A stretch of 64,000 nt of DNA from assembly GCA_045635885.1 (NCBI GenBank), contig JAZTWO010000077.1, positions 10,080 through 74,079 on the forward strand. The letters are read 5' to 3'. Made by a program: the position numbers and the translations under genes. The notes under the pieces were generated by a model. The model saw nothing but the letters and a program-made list of their open reading frames with translations, did not search any database and was not told the DNA's origin. Positions 10,419 to 21,233 of this stretch are shown here, in pieces; position 1 is the stretch's first letter, and each line of letters starts with the position of its first letter. This DNA comes from Eubacteriales bacterium (GTDB lineage Bacteria > Bacillota > Clostridia > Oscillospirales > CAG-272).

Positions 10419-11477
10419 TTATTCTTTATCCGCTTTTTTCTGTGAATGAATGATTTTTACGTTGTCACGGTGATATGGTTTTATTGTTTCACCGTCTTTA
10501 TTTGTAATCTTAACCTTAATCATTCCTGTTAAGGGATGAGTTTCGGTTACAGTTCCAACTCCGTCTGGAGTTTTTACGGTTGAATCAACCGCAGGTGTGT
10601 GTGCAATTTCGTATTCGTAGCTTTCTTGCTCATAACGAAGGCAACACATAAGACGACCGCAAGTGCCTGAAATTTTTGAGGAGTTGAGGAACAAGCCCTG
10701 CTCCTTTGCCATTTTTATTGAAACTTGAACAAAGTCGGAAAGGAAGGTTGCGCAACAAAGAGGTCTGCCACATGCACCAAGACCGCCGATGAGTTTTGCC
10801 TCGTCACGAATTCCTATTTGACGGAGTTCAATTCTTGTTCTGAAAATGGCTGCCAAGTCTTTTACAAGCTCTCTAAAGTCAACTCTGCCTGCAGATGTGA
10901 AATAGAAGAGGAGCTTGCTATTGTCAAAGGTATATTGCGCATCAACAAGCTTCATATCAAGCTCGTGCTTTGCAATTTGCTCAAGGCAAATGCCAAAAGC
11001 TTCTTTTTCCTTTTGATTGTTTTCTTCGTTGTGAATTGCGTCTTCTGGTGTAGCAATTCTAATGATTTCACGAAGTGGGGGAACTATTTCGGATATTCCA
11101 ACGGTTTTATTGGGAACGAACACCTCGCCATATTCCGGGCCTCTTGCGGTGTCAACAATGGCAAATTCTCCTTTATTCGCTTGAATTCCGTTGGGGGCGA
11201 AATAATAAACCTTGCCCACCTTTTTAAATCTGACACCAACTACCTCGACCTGTTCTTCGTCCTCGGTAGGAGCTTTTTTAGGTGCGGGTGTTTCGTATAG
11301 CTCGGGAACTATATCTTCAAGAAATTCAAGATTTTCTTCGCTTTCTTCAAACGCTTCAAATTCCTTTGCACCCTCATTCACCTGATTTTCTGTGGACTGT
11401 TCTTTAGGGTGTTTCTTTTTATTGTAATGGTGGTATCTTTTCTTGTTATTTTTTTTGTTTTGGTTGTTATTTTCCAT
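10419..11477 (-). CDS. ricT: PSP1-domain stage 0 sporulation protein (YaaT/RicT)
   Basis: RVDFRELVKDLA, RIELRQIG, CGRPLCC, GTCGRLMCCL; follows holB. Confidence 0.92.
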   Translation of the reverse strand: MENNNQNKKNNKKRYHHYNKKKHPKEQSTENQVNEGAKEFEAFEESEENLEFLEDIVPELYETPAPKKAPTEDEEQVEVVGVRFKKVGKVYYFAPNGIQANKGEFAIVDTARGPEYGEVFVPNKTVGISEIVPPLREIIRIATPEDAIHNEENNQKEKEAFGICLEQIAKHELDMKLVDAQYTFDNSKLLFYFTSAGRVDFRELVKDLAAIFRTRIELRQIGIRDEAKLIGGLGACGRPLCCATFLSDFVQVSIKMAKEQGLFLNSSKISGTCGRLMCCLRYEQESYEYEIAHTPAVDSTVKTPDGVGTVTETHPLTGMIKVKITNKDGETIKPYHRDNVKIIHSQKKADKE

Positions 11478-11513
11478 AATGTATCTCCATTCTGCCTATG
11501 GCAGATTAATTAA

Positions 11514-12551
11514 CTAAATAAGTTCACTCAAATAATTAACGATAGTCAATCTAACGTTTGCGTTTTTGAGCAAAGCAAGGCGTGCTTTTTCGGTGCTTTC
11601 TGCAATTTCAATTAATTTTTGCGTTGAAAAGCAATATGAAAGCTCCTCGGCATATTCTTCGTTGGTGAAGAAAATCAACTGTGGATTTTCTGATTTTTTG
11701 ATTAGGGTGAGGTCACGCAATGCAGAGCGAATTTCTGAAAGCTGAGCGATAATTTTTTCTCTTTCGTCTTTCTTTTGCGAAAACATTGCGCAAATTTCAG
11801 CAAACTCGGTTGGGAGTGTGTGGTGCGCAATTGATTCGATCAATTTTTGGGCAAGTACACGATTTTGAAGAATTTGCTTTTTCTCGTTAGATTCAACAAG
11901 CTCAAGCACCCTGCCGATACTACCCTTGGAAGCCATATAAATCTGCTCAAATTCCTCGGGCGAATTGTTAATAAAGCTTCTTACCGATGGGGAAGCTACT
12001 TTTAAAAATTCGATTGCCTCGTCCTTTTGAGGAATTGACATTCTAAGCACGGGGGCACGGCTTTTTATTGTTTCAAGAATGGTTTCTGTATGCTCGCAAA
12101 GAAGAATAAAAATCGCATAGGACGGCGGCTCTTCAAGTGTGAGCAAAAGTGCATTTTGCGCCTGCGGAGTCATAGTATGAGCATCTTCAATGATATAAAC
12201 CTTATGTTCACCGTCATTGGGGAAGTATGAAACGTCCTCTTTGATAAATCTGATTGGCTCAATGCCAAGGCTTGCCCTATCTTCCTCTTTTGAAATGTAA
12301 GTAATATCCGGGTGGATATTCTCCATAACCTTTTTACAGGAATTACATTCAAGGCAGGGAAGGGAGAGAGTGTTATCGTCCTTATTTTCGCAATTTAGGG
12401 CGGCGGCAACAAGGCGGGCAAGAGTATGCTTTCCGCTGCCTTTTGCACCGAGTAAAATGTATGCGTGAGAGAGGGAATTATTCTCTATAGCAGAGGCAAA
12501 ATAATCACAAAGCTTATCGTTTGCAATGATGCCTGAAAAATTATTTTTCAT
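11514..12551 (-). CDS. holB: DNA polymerase III delta' subunit
   Basis: SHAYILLGAKGSGK, Cys cluster, HPD, AQNALLLTLEEPP, TIKSR. Confidence 0.9.
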   Translation of the reverse strand: MKNNFSGIIANDKLCDYFASAIENNSLSHAYILLGAKGSGKHTLARLVAAALNCENKDDNTLSLPCLECNSCKKVMENIHPDITYISKEEDRASLGIEPIRFIKEDVSYFPNDGEHKVYIIEDAHTMTPQAQNALLLTLEEPPSYAIFILLCEHTETILETIKSRAPVLRMSIPQKDEAIEFLKVASPSVRSFINNSPEEFEQIYMASKGSIGRVLELVESNEKKQILQNRVLAQKLIESIAHHTLPTEFAEICAMFSQKKDEREKIIAQLSEIRSALRDLTLIKKSENPQLIFFTNEEYAEELSYCFSTQKLIEIAESTEKARLALLKNANVRLTIVNYLSELI

Positions 12552-12580
12552 ATAAACCCTCCTTTTAGCAATACATAATT

Positions 12581-12609
12581 ATTATATCAAACAAATATTA
12601 ATATGTCAA
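12581..12609 (-). promoter_or_regulatory. SigA promoter of holB operon
   Basis: Perfect TTGACA-17bp-TATAAT on the minus strand. Confidence 0.85.
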
Positions 12610-12716
12610 TAGGTCATATATTTACAAAAAATCCCATTATATAGGGTGCGAATATGAATAAAAATCACATTGTTTTGTTTAATATTAACAAAAAGCTAAA
12701 AATACGAAAAAAACAC

Positions 12717-12745
12717 TTGAAAAATTTAGCATTTTGTAATATAAT
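12717..12745 (+). promoter_or_regulatory. SigA promoter of glg operon
   Basis: TTGAAA-17bp-TATAAT. Confidence 0.75.
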
Positions 12746-12814
12746 AACAATGTATGACTATGTCTATAATTATAAATATAGAAATACCAATGTAATGAAG
12801 GGAGAACGCTTGAT

Positions 12815-13999
12815 ATGTTTAAGAAAAAAGAATGTGTCGCTATGCTACTCGCTGGCGGACAAGGCTCAAGACTTTACGCACTTACCAAGAAAACCGCTAA
12901 ACCCGCAGTTTCATTTGGAGGAAAGTTCAGAATCATTGACTTTCCGCTTTCAAACTGTATCAATTCCGGTGTGGACACAGTCGGTGTCCTCACACAGTAT
13001 CAACCCCTCGTACTCAATGAATACATAGGAAATGGACTTCCTTGGGATCTTGACAGAACCTTTGGCGGAGTTTCCATTCTTCCCCCATACCAGGGCTTTA
13101 ACGGTTCTGACTGGTATAAGGGCACTGCTAACGCAATCTACCAGAACCTTGAGTTCATCAAGAGATATCAGGCGGATTATGTTTTGATTCTCTCAGGTGA
13201 CCACATCTATACAATGGATTACAACAAAATGCTTGAATACCACAAGGCAAACAATGCTGACTGCACTATCGCGGTTCTTGAGGTTCCTATGGAAGAGGCA
13301 AGCCGCTTTGGTATTATGAGTGTTAATCCCGACAAATCAATTTACAAATTCTCTGAAAAGCCCAAGAATCCCGATAGCAATCTTGCTTCAATGGGTATCT
13401 ATATTTTCAGTGCAGATAAGCTTTACAAATATCTTACCGAAGATGAGGCAGACCCTGCTTCAAGCAATGACTTTGGTAAAAACATCATTCCAAATATGCT
13501 TAATAATGGCGAGAGAATGTTTGCTTATAATTTCGAAGGATATTGGAAGGACGTTGGAACAATTTCTTCTCTTTGGGAAGCAAATATGGACCTTCTTGGC
13601 GAAAAGCCCGTTCTTGCTTTTGACGACGAGAAAGCAAGAATTTTCTCACGTCACGAAAATGAAGCTCCCCAGTATATCGGTGCTGAAGCAGTTGTTGAAA
13701 ATTCTTCAATTACCGAGGGATGCGAAATTTATGGAACAGTTATCAATTCCGTTCTTGGCTACGGTGTTGTAGTTGAAAAGGGAGCTGTTGTTCGTGATTC
13801 CGTTCTTATGCATCACGTTTGTGTTGGCGAGGGTGCTACTGTTGAATACTCTATTCTTGACTCCGACGTTATTGTTGGCAAGGGTGCAAGAGTGGGCAGA
13901 CCCCGTGACAATGCCGAGGGCATTACTGTTATTGGCGCGAATAATACGGTTGGTGACGGTGAGGATATTGCCGATAACCAAATGATCTATTCTGAATAA
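12815..13999 (+). CDS. glgC: Glucose-1-phosphate adenylyltransferase
   Basis: [34 protein letters not shown]. Confidence 0.97.
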   Translation: MFKKKECVAMLLAGGQGSRLYALTKKTAKPAVSFGGKFRIIDFPLSNCINSGVDTVGVLTQYQPLVLNEYIGNGLPWDLDRTFGGVSILPPYQGFNGSDWYKGTANAIYQNLEFIKRYQADYVLILSGDHIYTMDYNKMLEYHKANNADCTIAVLEVPMEEASRFGIMSVNPDKSIYKFSEKPKNPDSNLASMGIYIFSADKLYKYLTEDEADPASSNDFGKNIIPNMLNNGERMFAYNFEGYWKDVGTISSLWEANMDLLGEKPVLAFDDEKARIFSRHENEAPQYIGAEAVVENSSITEGCEIYGTVINSVLGYGVVVEKGAVVRDSVLMHHVCVGEGATVEYSILDSDVIVGKGARVGRPRDNAEGITVIGANNTVGDGEDIADNQMIYSE

Positions 14000-14011
14000 T
14001 GAGGTGACGAT

Positions 14012-15148
14012 ATGAAAGCAGCTGGACTTATATTTTCTAATATACACGATGCATCCATTCCCGAACTCACAAAGCCACGCACAATGGCGAGCATTCCCTT
14101 TGGCGGAAGATACCGTCTTATCGACTTTGCTCTTTCAAATATGGTGAATTCGGATATTACTACCGTTGGACTTATTACTCACAACAATTATCAGTCACTC
14201 CTTGACCATATCGGTACAGGTAAGGACTGGGACCTTGCACGTCGCTCGGGCGGTATTAGAATTTTGCCTCCCTTTATTACAAGCGGCACGCACGGTGATG
14301 ACAGACTTTATAACACACGCCTTCAGGCGCTTGTTGGTGTTAAGAATTTCGTTGACAATTGCGGAGCTGATCACGTTATCATCTCCGATTGCAATATGAT
14401 TTGCAATATCGATTTCACCGATGCACTTAACAACCATATCGCAAACAATGCGGATATTACTATTATCACAAAGCTTGTTAATACTAATGAGCTTAAATTC
14501 CCACTTGATAAGTATATCAAGGTGGTGGAATATAATGAAAATGGCGAAATTGTTGATTATCTGCCTTACGATAGTCAAGATGGCGAGCTTCATATCAACA
14601 CGAATATGATGATCGTTAAGCGCTCTTATCTCCTTTCCATTATTCACGAGGCAGATGCAAGAGGTTTTGACAGCTTTTCAAGAGACGTTATTATGAGAAA
14701 CCTTGGCAAGCACCGTTTCTTTGCGTTTGAATATGATGGATATTTCAATTATATCGATTCTATGCAGAAATACTTCTTCTGCAATATGAAGATGCTTGAT
14801 TCAAACAAGAGAAAGCTTGTTTTCCACGTTAAGAATAGACCCATTTACACCAAGGTGCGAAACTCTGCTCCCACAAGATATTCTGAGAGCGCTAAGGTTA
14901 CAAACTCCATTATCGCTGACGGATGCGTGATTGAGGGCGTTGTTGAAAACTCAATCCTTTTCAGAGGCGTTAAGGTTGGCAAGGGTACAGTTATTAAAAA
15001 CTGCATCCTTTTGCAGAACACTTATACCGGTGATGACGTTTATCTTAACTGTGTAGTTACTGACAAAAACGTAACTATCAAGAATGGTAAAATGCTCTCC
15101 GGTCACGAAACTCTTCCTTTCTATATCGGCAAGGGAACAACGGTTTAA
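14012..15148 (+). CDS. glgD: Glucose-1-phosphate adenylyltransferase subunit GlgD
   Basis: ASIPFGGRYRLIDFALSNMVNS without the GGxGxR motif; follows glgC. Confidence 0.95.
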   Translation: MKAAGLIFSNIHDASIPELTKPRTMASIPFGGRYRLIDFALSNMVNSDITTVGLITHNNYQSLLDHIGTGKDWDLARRSGGIRILPPFITSGTHGDDRLYNTRLQALVGVKNFVDNCGADHVIISDCNMICNIDFTDALNNHIANNADITIITKLVNTNELKFPLDKYIKVVEYNENGEIVDYLPYDSQDGELHINTNMMIVKRSYLLSIIHEADARGFDSFSRDVIMRNLGKHRFFAFEYDGYFNYIDSMQKYFFCNMKMLDSNKRKLVFHVKNRPIYTKVRNSAPTRYSESAKVTNSIIADGCVIEGVVENSILFRGVKVGKGTVIKNCILLQNTYTGDDVYLNCVVTDKNVTIKNGKMLSGHETLPFYIGKGTTV

Positions 15149-15160
15149 AGGAGAGAATTT

Positions 15161-16594
15161 ATGAAGAAAATATTGTTTGTAGGAGCTGAGGTAATGCCCT
15201 TTGCGGCAACGGGTGGTCTTGGTGACGTGCTTGGTTCATTGCCCACGGCTCTTAAAAAAGAATATAAGGAAGATATTGACGTTCGTGTAGTTATGCCTCT
15301 TTATGATGCGGTGAAGCCCGAATGGAGAAAACAGATGAAGCTTGAGGCGGTGTTTAACCTTCAACTTTCATGGAGAAGTCTTTATTGCGGCATTCACAGT
15401 CTTCAAAAGGACGGTGTTACCTACTACTTTGTTGATAATGAGTACTATTTCAAGAGAGGTGCGCTCTACGGCTACGGTGACGAGGCGGAGAGATATGCAT
15501 TTTTCTGCAAGGCGGCTATTGAAATGCTTGGAGTTTTGGGTTATTATCCCGACGTGCTTCACGCACACGATTGGCAGGCGGCACTCACACTTCCGTATTT
15601 GAATTTCCAATATCGTTGGAGAAAAGAATACCAAAACATTAAAACTGTGTTTACAATCCACAATATCGAATATCAGGGTCAGTTCTCACACGACGTGCTT
15701 GGTTACGTTTTCGGACTTGATTATTCTGATTATTTTGATTATAACGGATGCGTAAACCTTATGAAATGTGCAATTGAAATGGCTAACGTTGTTACAACGG
15801 TAAGTCCAAGATATTCAGAGGAAATTAAAGGTGATGAATATTCTCACGGTCTTGCTCCCATACTGAATAAGAATGCACACAAGCTCACAGGAATACTTAA
15901 CGGCATTGACTATAAGTATTACAACCCCGAAACCGATAAGGAGTTGTTTATGAACTTTAAATCGGGCGAGCTTGACAAAAAAGTTAAAAACAAGACCAAG
16001 CTTCAAAGAGAGCTTGGACTTCCCGAAAGAGAAGACGTTCCACTTGTGGCAATTATTTCACGACTTGCTTCACACAAGGGACTTGACCTTGTTCGTGAGG
16101 TTGCTTACGGTCTTGTTGACAATAATGATATGCAGCTTGTTGTTCTTGGCAAGGGGGAAGCGCAGTATGAGGACTTCTTTACCGAGCTTGAGCGCAACAG
16201 AAAAGACAAGGTTCGTGCCCTTATAATGTATGACCGTGACCTTTCAAAGCGCATATATGCGGCATCGGATATTTTCCTTATGCCTTCAAAGAGTGAGCCC
16301 TGCGGACTCTCTCAAATGATTGCTTCTCGCTATGGTGCAATTCCCGTGGTTAGAGAAACAGGCGGTCTTTATGACTCGATTAAGGGATATTGGTTGCTTA
16401 ACGGAACAATCCTTGGCAACGGATTTACCTTCTCAAACTATTATGCAGGTGAGCTTTATGAACGCACTACAGCGGCTCTTGAGCTTTATCATAATGAAGA
16501 ATTGTATCCTAAATTTGCTAAAAAAATTATGGATACCGACTTTTCTTGGGGAATTTCCGCAAGAAAATATCATATGCTTTACGAAAGAATGTAA
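15161..16594 (+). CDS. glgA: Glycogen synthase (GT5)
   Basis: TGGLGDV, HAHDWQ, TIHNIEYQG, EPCGLSQM. Confidence 0.96.
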   Translation: MKKILFVGAEVMPFAATGGLGDVLGSLPTALKKEYKEDIDVRVVMPLYDAVKPEWRKQMKLEAVFNLQLSWRSLYCGIHSLQKDGVTYYFVDNEYYFKRGALYGYGDEAERYAFFCKAAIEMLGVLGYYPDVLHAHDWQAALTLPYLNFQYRWRKEYQNIKTVFTIHNIEYQGQFSHDVLGYVFGLDYSDYFDYNGCVNLMKCAIEMANVVTTVSPRYSEEIKGDEYSHGLAPILNKNAHKLTGILNGIDYKYYNPETDKELFMNFKSGELDKKVKNKTKLQRELGLPEREDVPLVAIISRLASHKGLDLVREVAYGLVDNNDMQLVVLGKGEAQYEDFFTELERNRKDKVRALIMYDRDLSKRIYAASDIFLMPSKSEPCGLSQMIASRYGAIPVVRETGGLYDSIKGYWLLNGTILGNGFTFSNYYAGELYERTTAALELYHNEELYPKFAKKIMDTDFSWGISARKYHMLYERM

Positions 16595-16636
16595 GGCAAA
16601 ATCAAATCGCAATACCTATTTAATTTTGGAGGACAC

Positions 16637-19069
16637 ATGAATTACCAACCCACAGTGAACGAAATCACAGAAAATTTAGAGGGCAAGCTTGCCAGATACT
16701 TTGGTTGCACAAGCAAAGAAGCAACAAGAGAACAAATGTATAAGGCAGCTGCCATGACAATTAAGGATATTCTCACAGCGAAAAGAGGAGAATATAAAAA
16801 GCAAGTAAATGAAGAAGGCGGCAAGAGAGTGTACTATATGTGCATGGAATTCTTGCTTGGTAGATCACTTAAAACCAATCTTTGCAATCTTGGACTTGCA
16901 GAAAACTATAGAGAATCTCTTAAGGGTCTTGGATTTGACCTTGACGATCTCTACGAATGCGAGCCCGATGCAGGTCTTGGCAACGGCGGTCTTGGACGTC
17001 TTGCAGCTTGCTTTATGGACTCTCTTTCATCACTTGACTATCCCGCAACAGGATTTTCGCTTTGCTATGAGTACGGCTTGTTCAAGCAGATGATTATTGA
17101 CGGCGTTCAGATTGAACTTCCCGATGTATGGCTTCCCGGCGGTGAAGTATGGCTCACACCCAGAACTGACCGTGTTTTCAAGGTTCGCCTTGGCGGCCGT
17201 GTTCGTGAAGAATGGCGCGAAGACCACATGGAAGTTATCTATGAGAACTGCGAAGAATATGAAGCAATTCCTTATGATATGATGATTTCCGGTGCTGACT
17301 CAAAGGCAGTTTCTCAGCTTCGTCTTTGGAAGGCAAGAAATATTCACAACTTTAATATGAACCTTTTCTCACAGGGTGAATATGCAAGATCCCTTGAAGA
17401 AAGTACAAATGCTGACATTCTTACAAAGGTTCTTTATCCTTCTGACAACCACACTCAGGGTAAGATTCTTCGTCTTACACAGCAGTATTTCTTGGTTTCT
17501 GCTTCAATGCAGAGCATCATCCGTGACCACATGGCTGTTTACGGTAATCTTGACAACCTTGCAGACAAGGTTGCAATTCACATCAACGATACACACCCTG
17601 CACTTTGTATCCCCGAGCTTATGAGAATTTTCCTTGATGATTATCACTTCTCATGGGAAAAATCTTGGGATATGGTACAGAAGATTGTGTCCTATACAAA
17701 CCACACAGTTTTGCCCGAAGCACTTGAAACATGGAACGAGGATATCTTCCAACTCAAGCTTCCCAGAATCCACCAGATCGTTAAGGAAATTAACGAAAGA
17801 TTCTGCAAGGATGCTTGGAATGTATTCCCCGGAAACTGGGAAAAGATCTCTAAGCTCTCTGTAATCGGTTACGGTCAGGTTAGAATGGCTAACCTCTCTG
17901 TTATCGGTTCACACTCCATCAACGGTGTTTCAAAGCTTCACTCTGATATTCTTAAGGATTCCACATTCAAGGATTTCTATAAGATGTATCCCGACAGATT
18001 TGACAACGTAACAAACGGTATCGCTCACAGAAGATGGCTCTGCTATTCTAACCCCGCGCTTGCTTCTTTGCTTGACGATTGCATTGGTACAGGTTACAGA
18101 CACAATCCTGAAGAACTTGCTAACTTTGCAAAATTTGCAGACGATAAGGCAGTTCTTGAGCAGATTCGTTCAATCAAGCACGATAACAAGAAGGCATTTG
18201 CAGATCTTCTTTATAAGAAGACAGGCAGAGTGCTTGATACACACTCTGTGTTTGACGTTCAAATTAAGAGATTGCATGAATACAAGCGCCAGCTTCTTAA
18301 CGCTCTTAACATCATCAACCTCTATATTGATATTAAAGAAAATCCCAATCTTGATGTTCAGCCCCAGACATTCATTTTCGGTGCTAAGGCGGCGCCCGGA
18401 TATCAGATGGCTAAGGAAATTATTAAGCTCATCTGCTTTATCAGCCGTGAGATTGAAAATGACCCCGTTGTTAGCAAGAAGATTAAGGTTGTATTCCTTG
18501 AAGATTACAACGTAAGTATGGCTGAAGCACTTATTCCTTCTGCAGAAATCAGTGAACAGATTTCTCTTGCAGGTAAGGAAGCAAGTGGTACAGGTTGTAT
18601 GAAGCTTATGATTAACGGTGCTCTTACCATTGGTACACTTGACGGTGCTAACGTTGAAATGCTTGCTGCTGCAGGTAAGGAAAATATGTATATCTTCGGT
18701 CTTACTGCTAAAGAAGTTGAAGATATTTGGGCAAGAGGATACCACTCTAACGAGTTCTATGCAAACAATAACCGCCTTGCGAAGATTATTGATTGCCTCA
18801 ACCGTGGCTTTGCTGGTCAGTCCTTCTCACACATTTCAAGATACCTTCTTACAGGTATGGGCGTTGCTGACCCATTCATGTGCCTTGCAGACTTCGAGTC
18901 TTACAGAACAACACACGAAAGAATGATTGCGGACTATGCAGACAAAGAAAAGTGGAACAGAATGTCCCTTATGAACATTGCTTCCGCAGGTTACTTTGCA
19001 GCTGACAGAAGTATCGAAGAATACGCACAGAAATTCTGGAATCTTAAAAAAATTACAGGAAATAACTAA
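16637..19069 (+). CDS. glgP: Glycogen/starch phosphorylase (GT35)
   Basis: GLGNGGLGRLAACF, NDTHP, KRLHEYKRQ, EASGTGCMK. Confidence 0.97.
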   Translation: MNYQPTVNEITENLEGKLARYFGCTSKEATREQMYKAAAMTIKDILTAKRGEYKKQVNEEGGKRVYYMCMEFLLGRSLKTNLCNLGLAENYRESLKGLGFDLDDLYECEPDAGLGNGGLGRLAACFMDSLSSLDYPATGFSLCYEYGLFKQMIIDGVQIELPDVWLPGGEVWLTPRTDRVFKVRLGGRVREEWREDHMEVIYENCEEYEAIPYDMMISGADSKAVSQLRLWKARNIHNFNMNLFSQGEYARSLEESTNADILTKVLYPSDNHTQGKILRLTQQYFLVSASMQSIIRDHMAVYGNLDNLADKVAIHINDTHPALCIPELMRIFLDDYHFSWEKSWDMVQKIVSYTNHTVLPEALETWNEDIFQLKLPRIHQIVKEINERFCKDAWNVFPGNWEKISKLSVIGYGQVRMANLSVIGSHSINGVSKLHSDILKDSTFKDFYKMYPDRFDNVTNGIAHRRWLCYSNPALASLLDDCIGTGYRHNPEELANFAKFADDKAVLEQIRSIKHDNKKAFADLLYKKTGRVLDTHSVFDVQIKRLHEYKRQLLNALNIINLYIDIKENPNLDVQPQTFIFGAKAAPGYQMAKEIIKLICFISREIENDPVVSKKIKVVFLEDYNVSMAEALIPSAEISEQISLAGKEASGTGCMKLMINGALTIGTLDGANVEMLAAAGKENMYIFGLTAKEVEDIWARGYHSNEFYANNNRLAKIIDCLNRGFAGQSFSHISRYLLTGMGVADPFMCLADFESYRTTHERMIADYADKEKWNRMSLMNIASAGYFAADRSIEEYAQKFWNLKKITGNN

Positions 19070-19072
19070 TCA

Positions 19073-20986
19073 ATGTATAATCAACTTCAAAATAATGCCT
19101 CAACTAATGGAGTTGAGATAATTAGAGAAATAAAAGTTGGTTCATCATGGAAAAATGCCTCGTATAGCGGGGCATTTTCCGTAAATGATGATATCAGATA
19201 TAGAATCGTCGTTCCCACCAATATGGGTACTCAAGGTGTGGTTATGAGAATTAATCGTGACGGCGAGGATTATTGGGATATTCCACTCACTCTTGCAAGT
19301 TTTGAAACGGGACGAGAGGAATATATTGTTGAACTTAATTTAAGAACACTTTGTGGGCCTGTTCCTGCCTTGTTTTTCTATGAATTTTTGTTCCTTCGCG
19401 GAACAAGAACTCTTTTTACGTGCAGTATGAACAATTTTGATTTTGAACTTTCTTATCATTCAGAGTCAAAGTTTTCTTTGCTTGTTTATGAGGATTATTT
19501 TAAGGCAAAGGAATGGTTTGGAAAGGGAATTATGTATCACATTTTTGTTGACCGATTTGCAAAGGGTGAAATTGAACCCTATTATCGTGACGATGTGATT
19601 ATGAATGACGATTGGTACAACGGTATTCCCCAATATGCGAAAAATCAAGGCGATAAGCTTAAAAACAATATGTTCTTTGGTGGAAATCTTAAGGGTATTG
19701 AGGACAAACTTGATTACCTTGAAGGTCTTGGAACAAAGGTTATTTATTTGAGCCCAATTTTTAAGGCATATTCCAACCACAAATACGATACGGGCGACTA
19801 TATGACCATTGACGAGATGTTCGGTGGCGAAAAGGCGTTTGTTTCGTTGATTGAAAAGGCAAAGGAAAAGGGAATTAGCATTATTCTTGACGGCGTTTTC
19901 AACCACACGGGTGATGATAGCTTATATTTTAATAAATATGGTAAATATCAGTCAAACGGTGCTTGTAATTCTGAAAATTCACCCTATCGCAATTGGTTTA
20001 ATTTCAGATGCTACCCCTGTGACTATGAGTCTTGGTGGGGCATTGATATTTTGCCAAAATTAAATCAGAACAACAGTGATTGCCGCAATTATTTCACCGG
20101 TGAAAACGGTGTTATTGAAAAATACACAAAAATGGGTATTGGCGGTTGGCGTCTTGACGTTGCTGACGAGTTGCCCGATCAGTTTTTGTATGAGCTTCGT
20201 GAAAGAGTGCATGAAAACTCTTACGGACAGGGTATTGTTATTGGCGAGGTTTGGGAAAATGCCGCAGTTAAGACCGCTTACGGTCACAGAAGAAACTATT
20301 TCCACGGCCGTCAGCTTGACAGTGTTATGAACTATCCCTTGCGTAACGGAATTATTGATTTTGTTACTTACGGAAGCGCAGAAATGCTTTACAACGTACT
20401 TGTTGAGCTTTATGCTTCGTATCCAAGATGCGTTAGCGATTCGCTTATGAATATTCTTAGCACACACGATACTGAAAGAATTTTGACTGTGCTTGGCGAC
20501 AACTATCGCCCGGACGCACCCAATGATCATCTTGCAGTTATGAGAATGAGTGCACAGGAAAAGGACGTTGCTGTTGACAGACTTAAAATGGCAGCGATAC
20601 TTCAATATACCGTTTATGGTATTCCTTCTGTTTTCTACGGTGACGAGGCAGGCGTTGAGGGCTATCACGATCCATTTTGCAGAAGAACATATCCTTGGGG
20701 CAGAGAAAATACTGAACTTTTAGAGCATTATCGCAAGCTTGGCGAGCTTAGAAATATTGAAAAGGCATTTGACAGGGGTTCTTTCCGTGTTATTGAGCAT
20801 GGCATGGAAACTATCGCATATGAAAGATGCAAGGACGACTCTCGAGTTGTGGTTATTGCCAACGGTGGCGAAAATATTTATCGCACCCGTCTTGAAGGAA
20901 AGTGGATTGATATGCTTTCTTATGAGAGCTTTGAAAATTATATTTCCATCCCCCCTCACAGCGCAAGAATATTAAAACAAATATAA
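19073..20986 (+). CDS. GH13 glycoside hydrolase (neopullulanase/amylopullulanase-like)
   Basis: SNHKYD, DGVFNH, GWRLDVADE, GEVWE, STHD conserved GH13 regions. Confidence 0.92.
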   Translation: MYNQLQNNASTNGVEIIREIKVGSSWKNASYSGAFSVNDDIRYRIVVPTNMGTQGVVMRINRDGEDYWDIPLTLASFETGREEYIVELNLRTLCGPVPALFFYEFLFLRGTRTLFTCSMNNFDFELSYHSESKFSLLVYEDYFKAKEWFGKGIMYHIFVDRFAKGEIEPYYRDDVIMNDDWYNGIPQYAKNQGDKLKNNMFFGGNLKGIEDKLDYLEGLGTKVIYLSPIFKAYSNHKYDTGDYMTIDEMFGGEKAFVSLIEKAKEKGISIILDGVFNHTGDDSLYFNKYGKYQSNGACNSENSPYRNWFNFRCYPCDYESWWGIDILPKLNQNNSDCRNYFTGENGVIEKYTKMGIGGWRLDVADELPDQFLYELRERVHENSYGQGIVIGEVWENAAVKTAYGHRRNYFHGRQLDSVMNYPLRNGIIDFVTYGSAEMLYNVLVELYASYPRCVSDSLMNILSTHDTERILTVLGDNYRPDAPNDHLAVMRMSAQEKDVAVDRLKMAAILQYTVYGIPSVFYGDEAGVEGYHDPFCRRTYPWGRENTELLEHYRKLGELRNIEKAFDRGSFRVIEHGMETIAYERCKDDSRVVVIANGGENIYRTRLEGKWIDMLSYESFENYISIPPHSARILKQI

Positions 20987-20989
20987 ATT

Positions 20990-21114
20990 AGACTATCAAA
21001 AAAAGTTGCTCTATTGCAAGAGTAAAAAAGCTGAATGCAAAATAAGCAACATAAAAAACAAGCACAAGGCAATCGGTGAGCATGCCTTGTGCTTGCTTGC
21101 TTTTTTGACAGTTT
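20990..21114. repeat. ~125 bp inverted-repeat-bounded structured element (MITE-like or terminator complex)
   Basis: Ends AGACTATCAAAAAA / TTTTTTGACAGTTT (12/14 complementary); internal 13-bp stem CAAGCACAAGGCA/TGCCTTGTGCTTG. Confidence 0.5.
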
Positions 21115-21233
21115 GAGATCGTCACGAAAGCGGTAATCTAAAAATTTTTAAAAAACTGAAAAAAGTTATTGATATATTTGAAGAATTGTGTTAATATTAA
21201 TGTAGATAATTATGTTTAAATATTCAGGTGATT

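Noticed and set aside
12654..13028. 124-aa ORF overlapping glgC start
   Set aside because: Spans the promoter region and overlaps glgC out of frame
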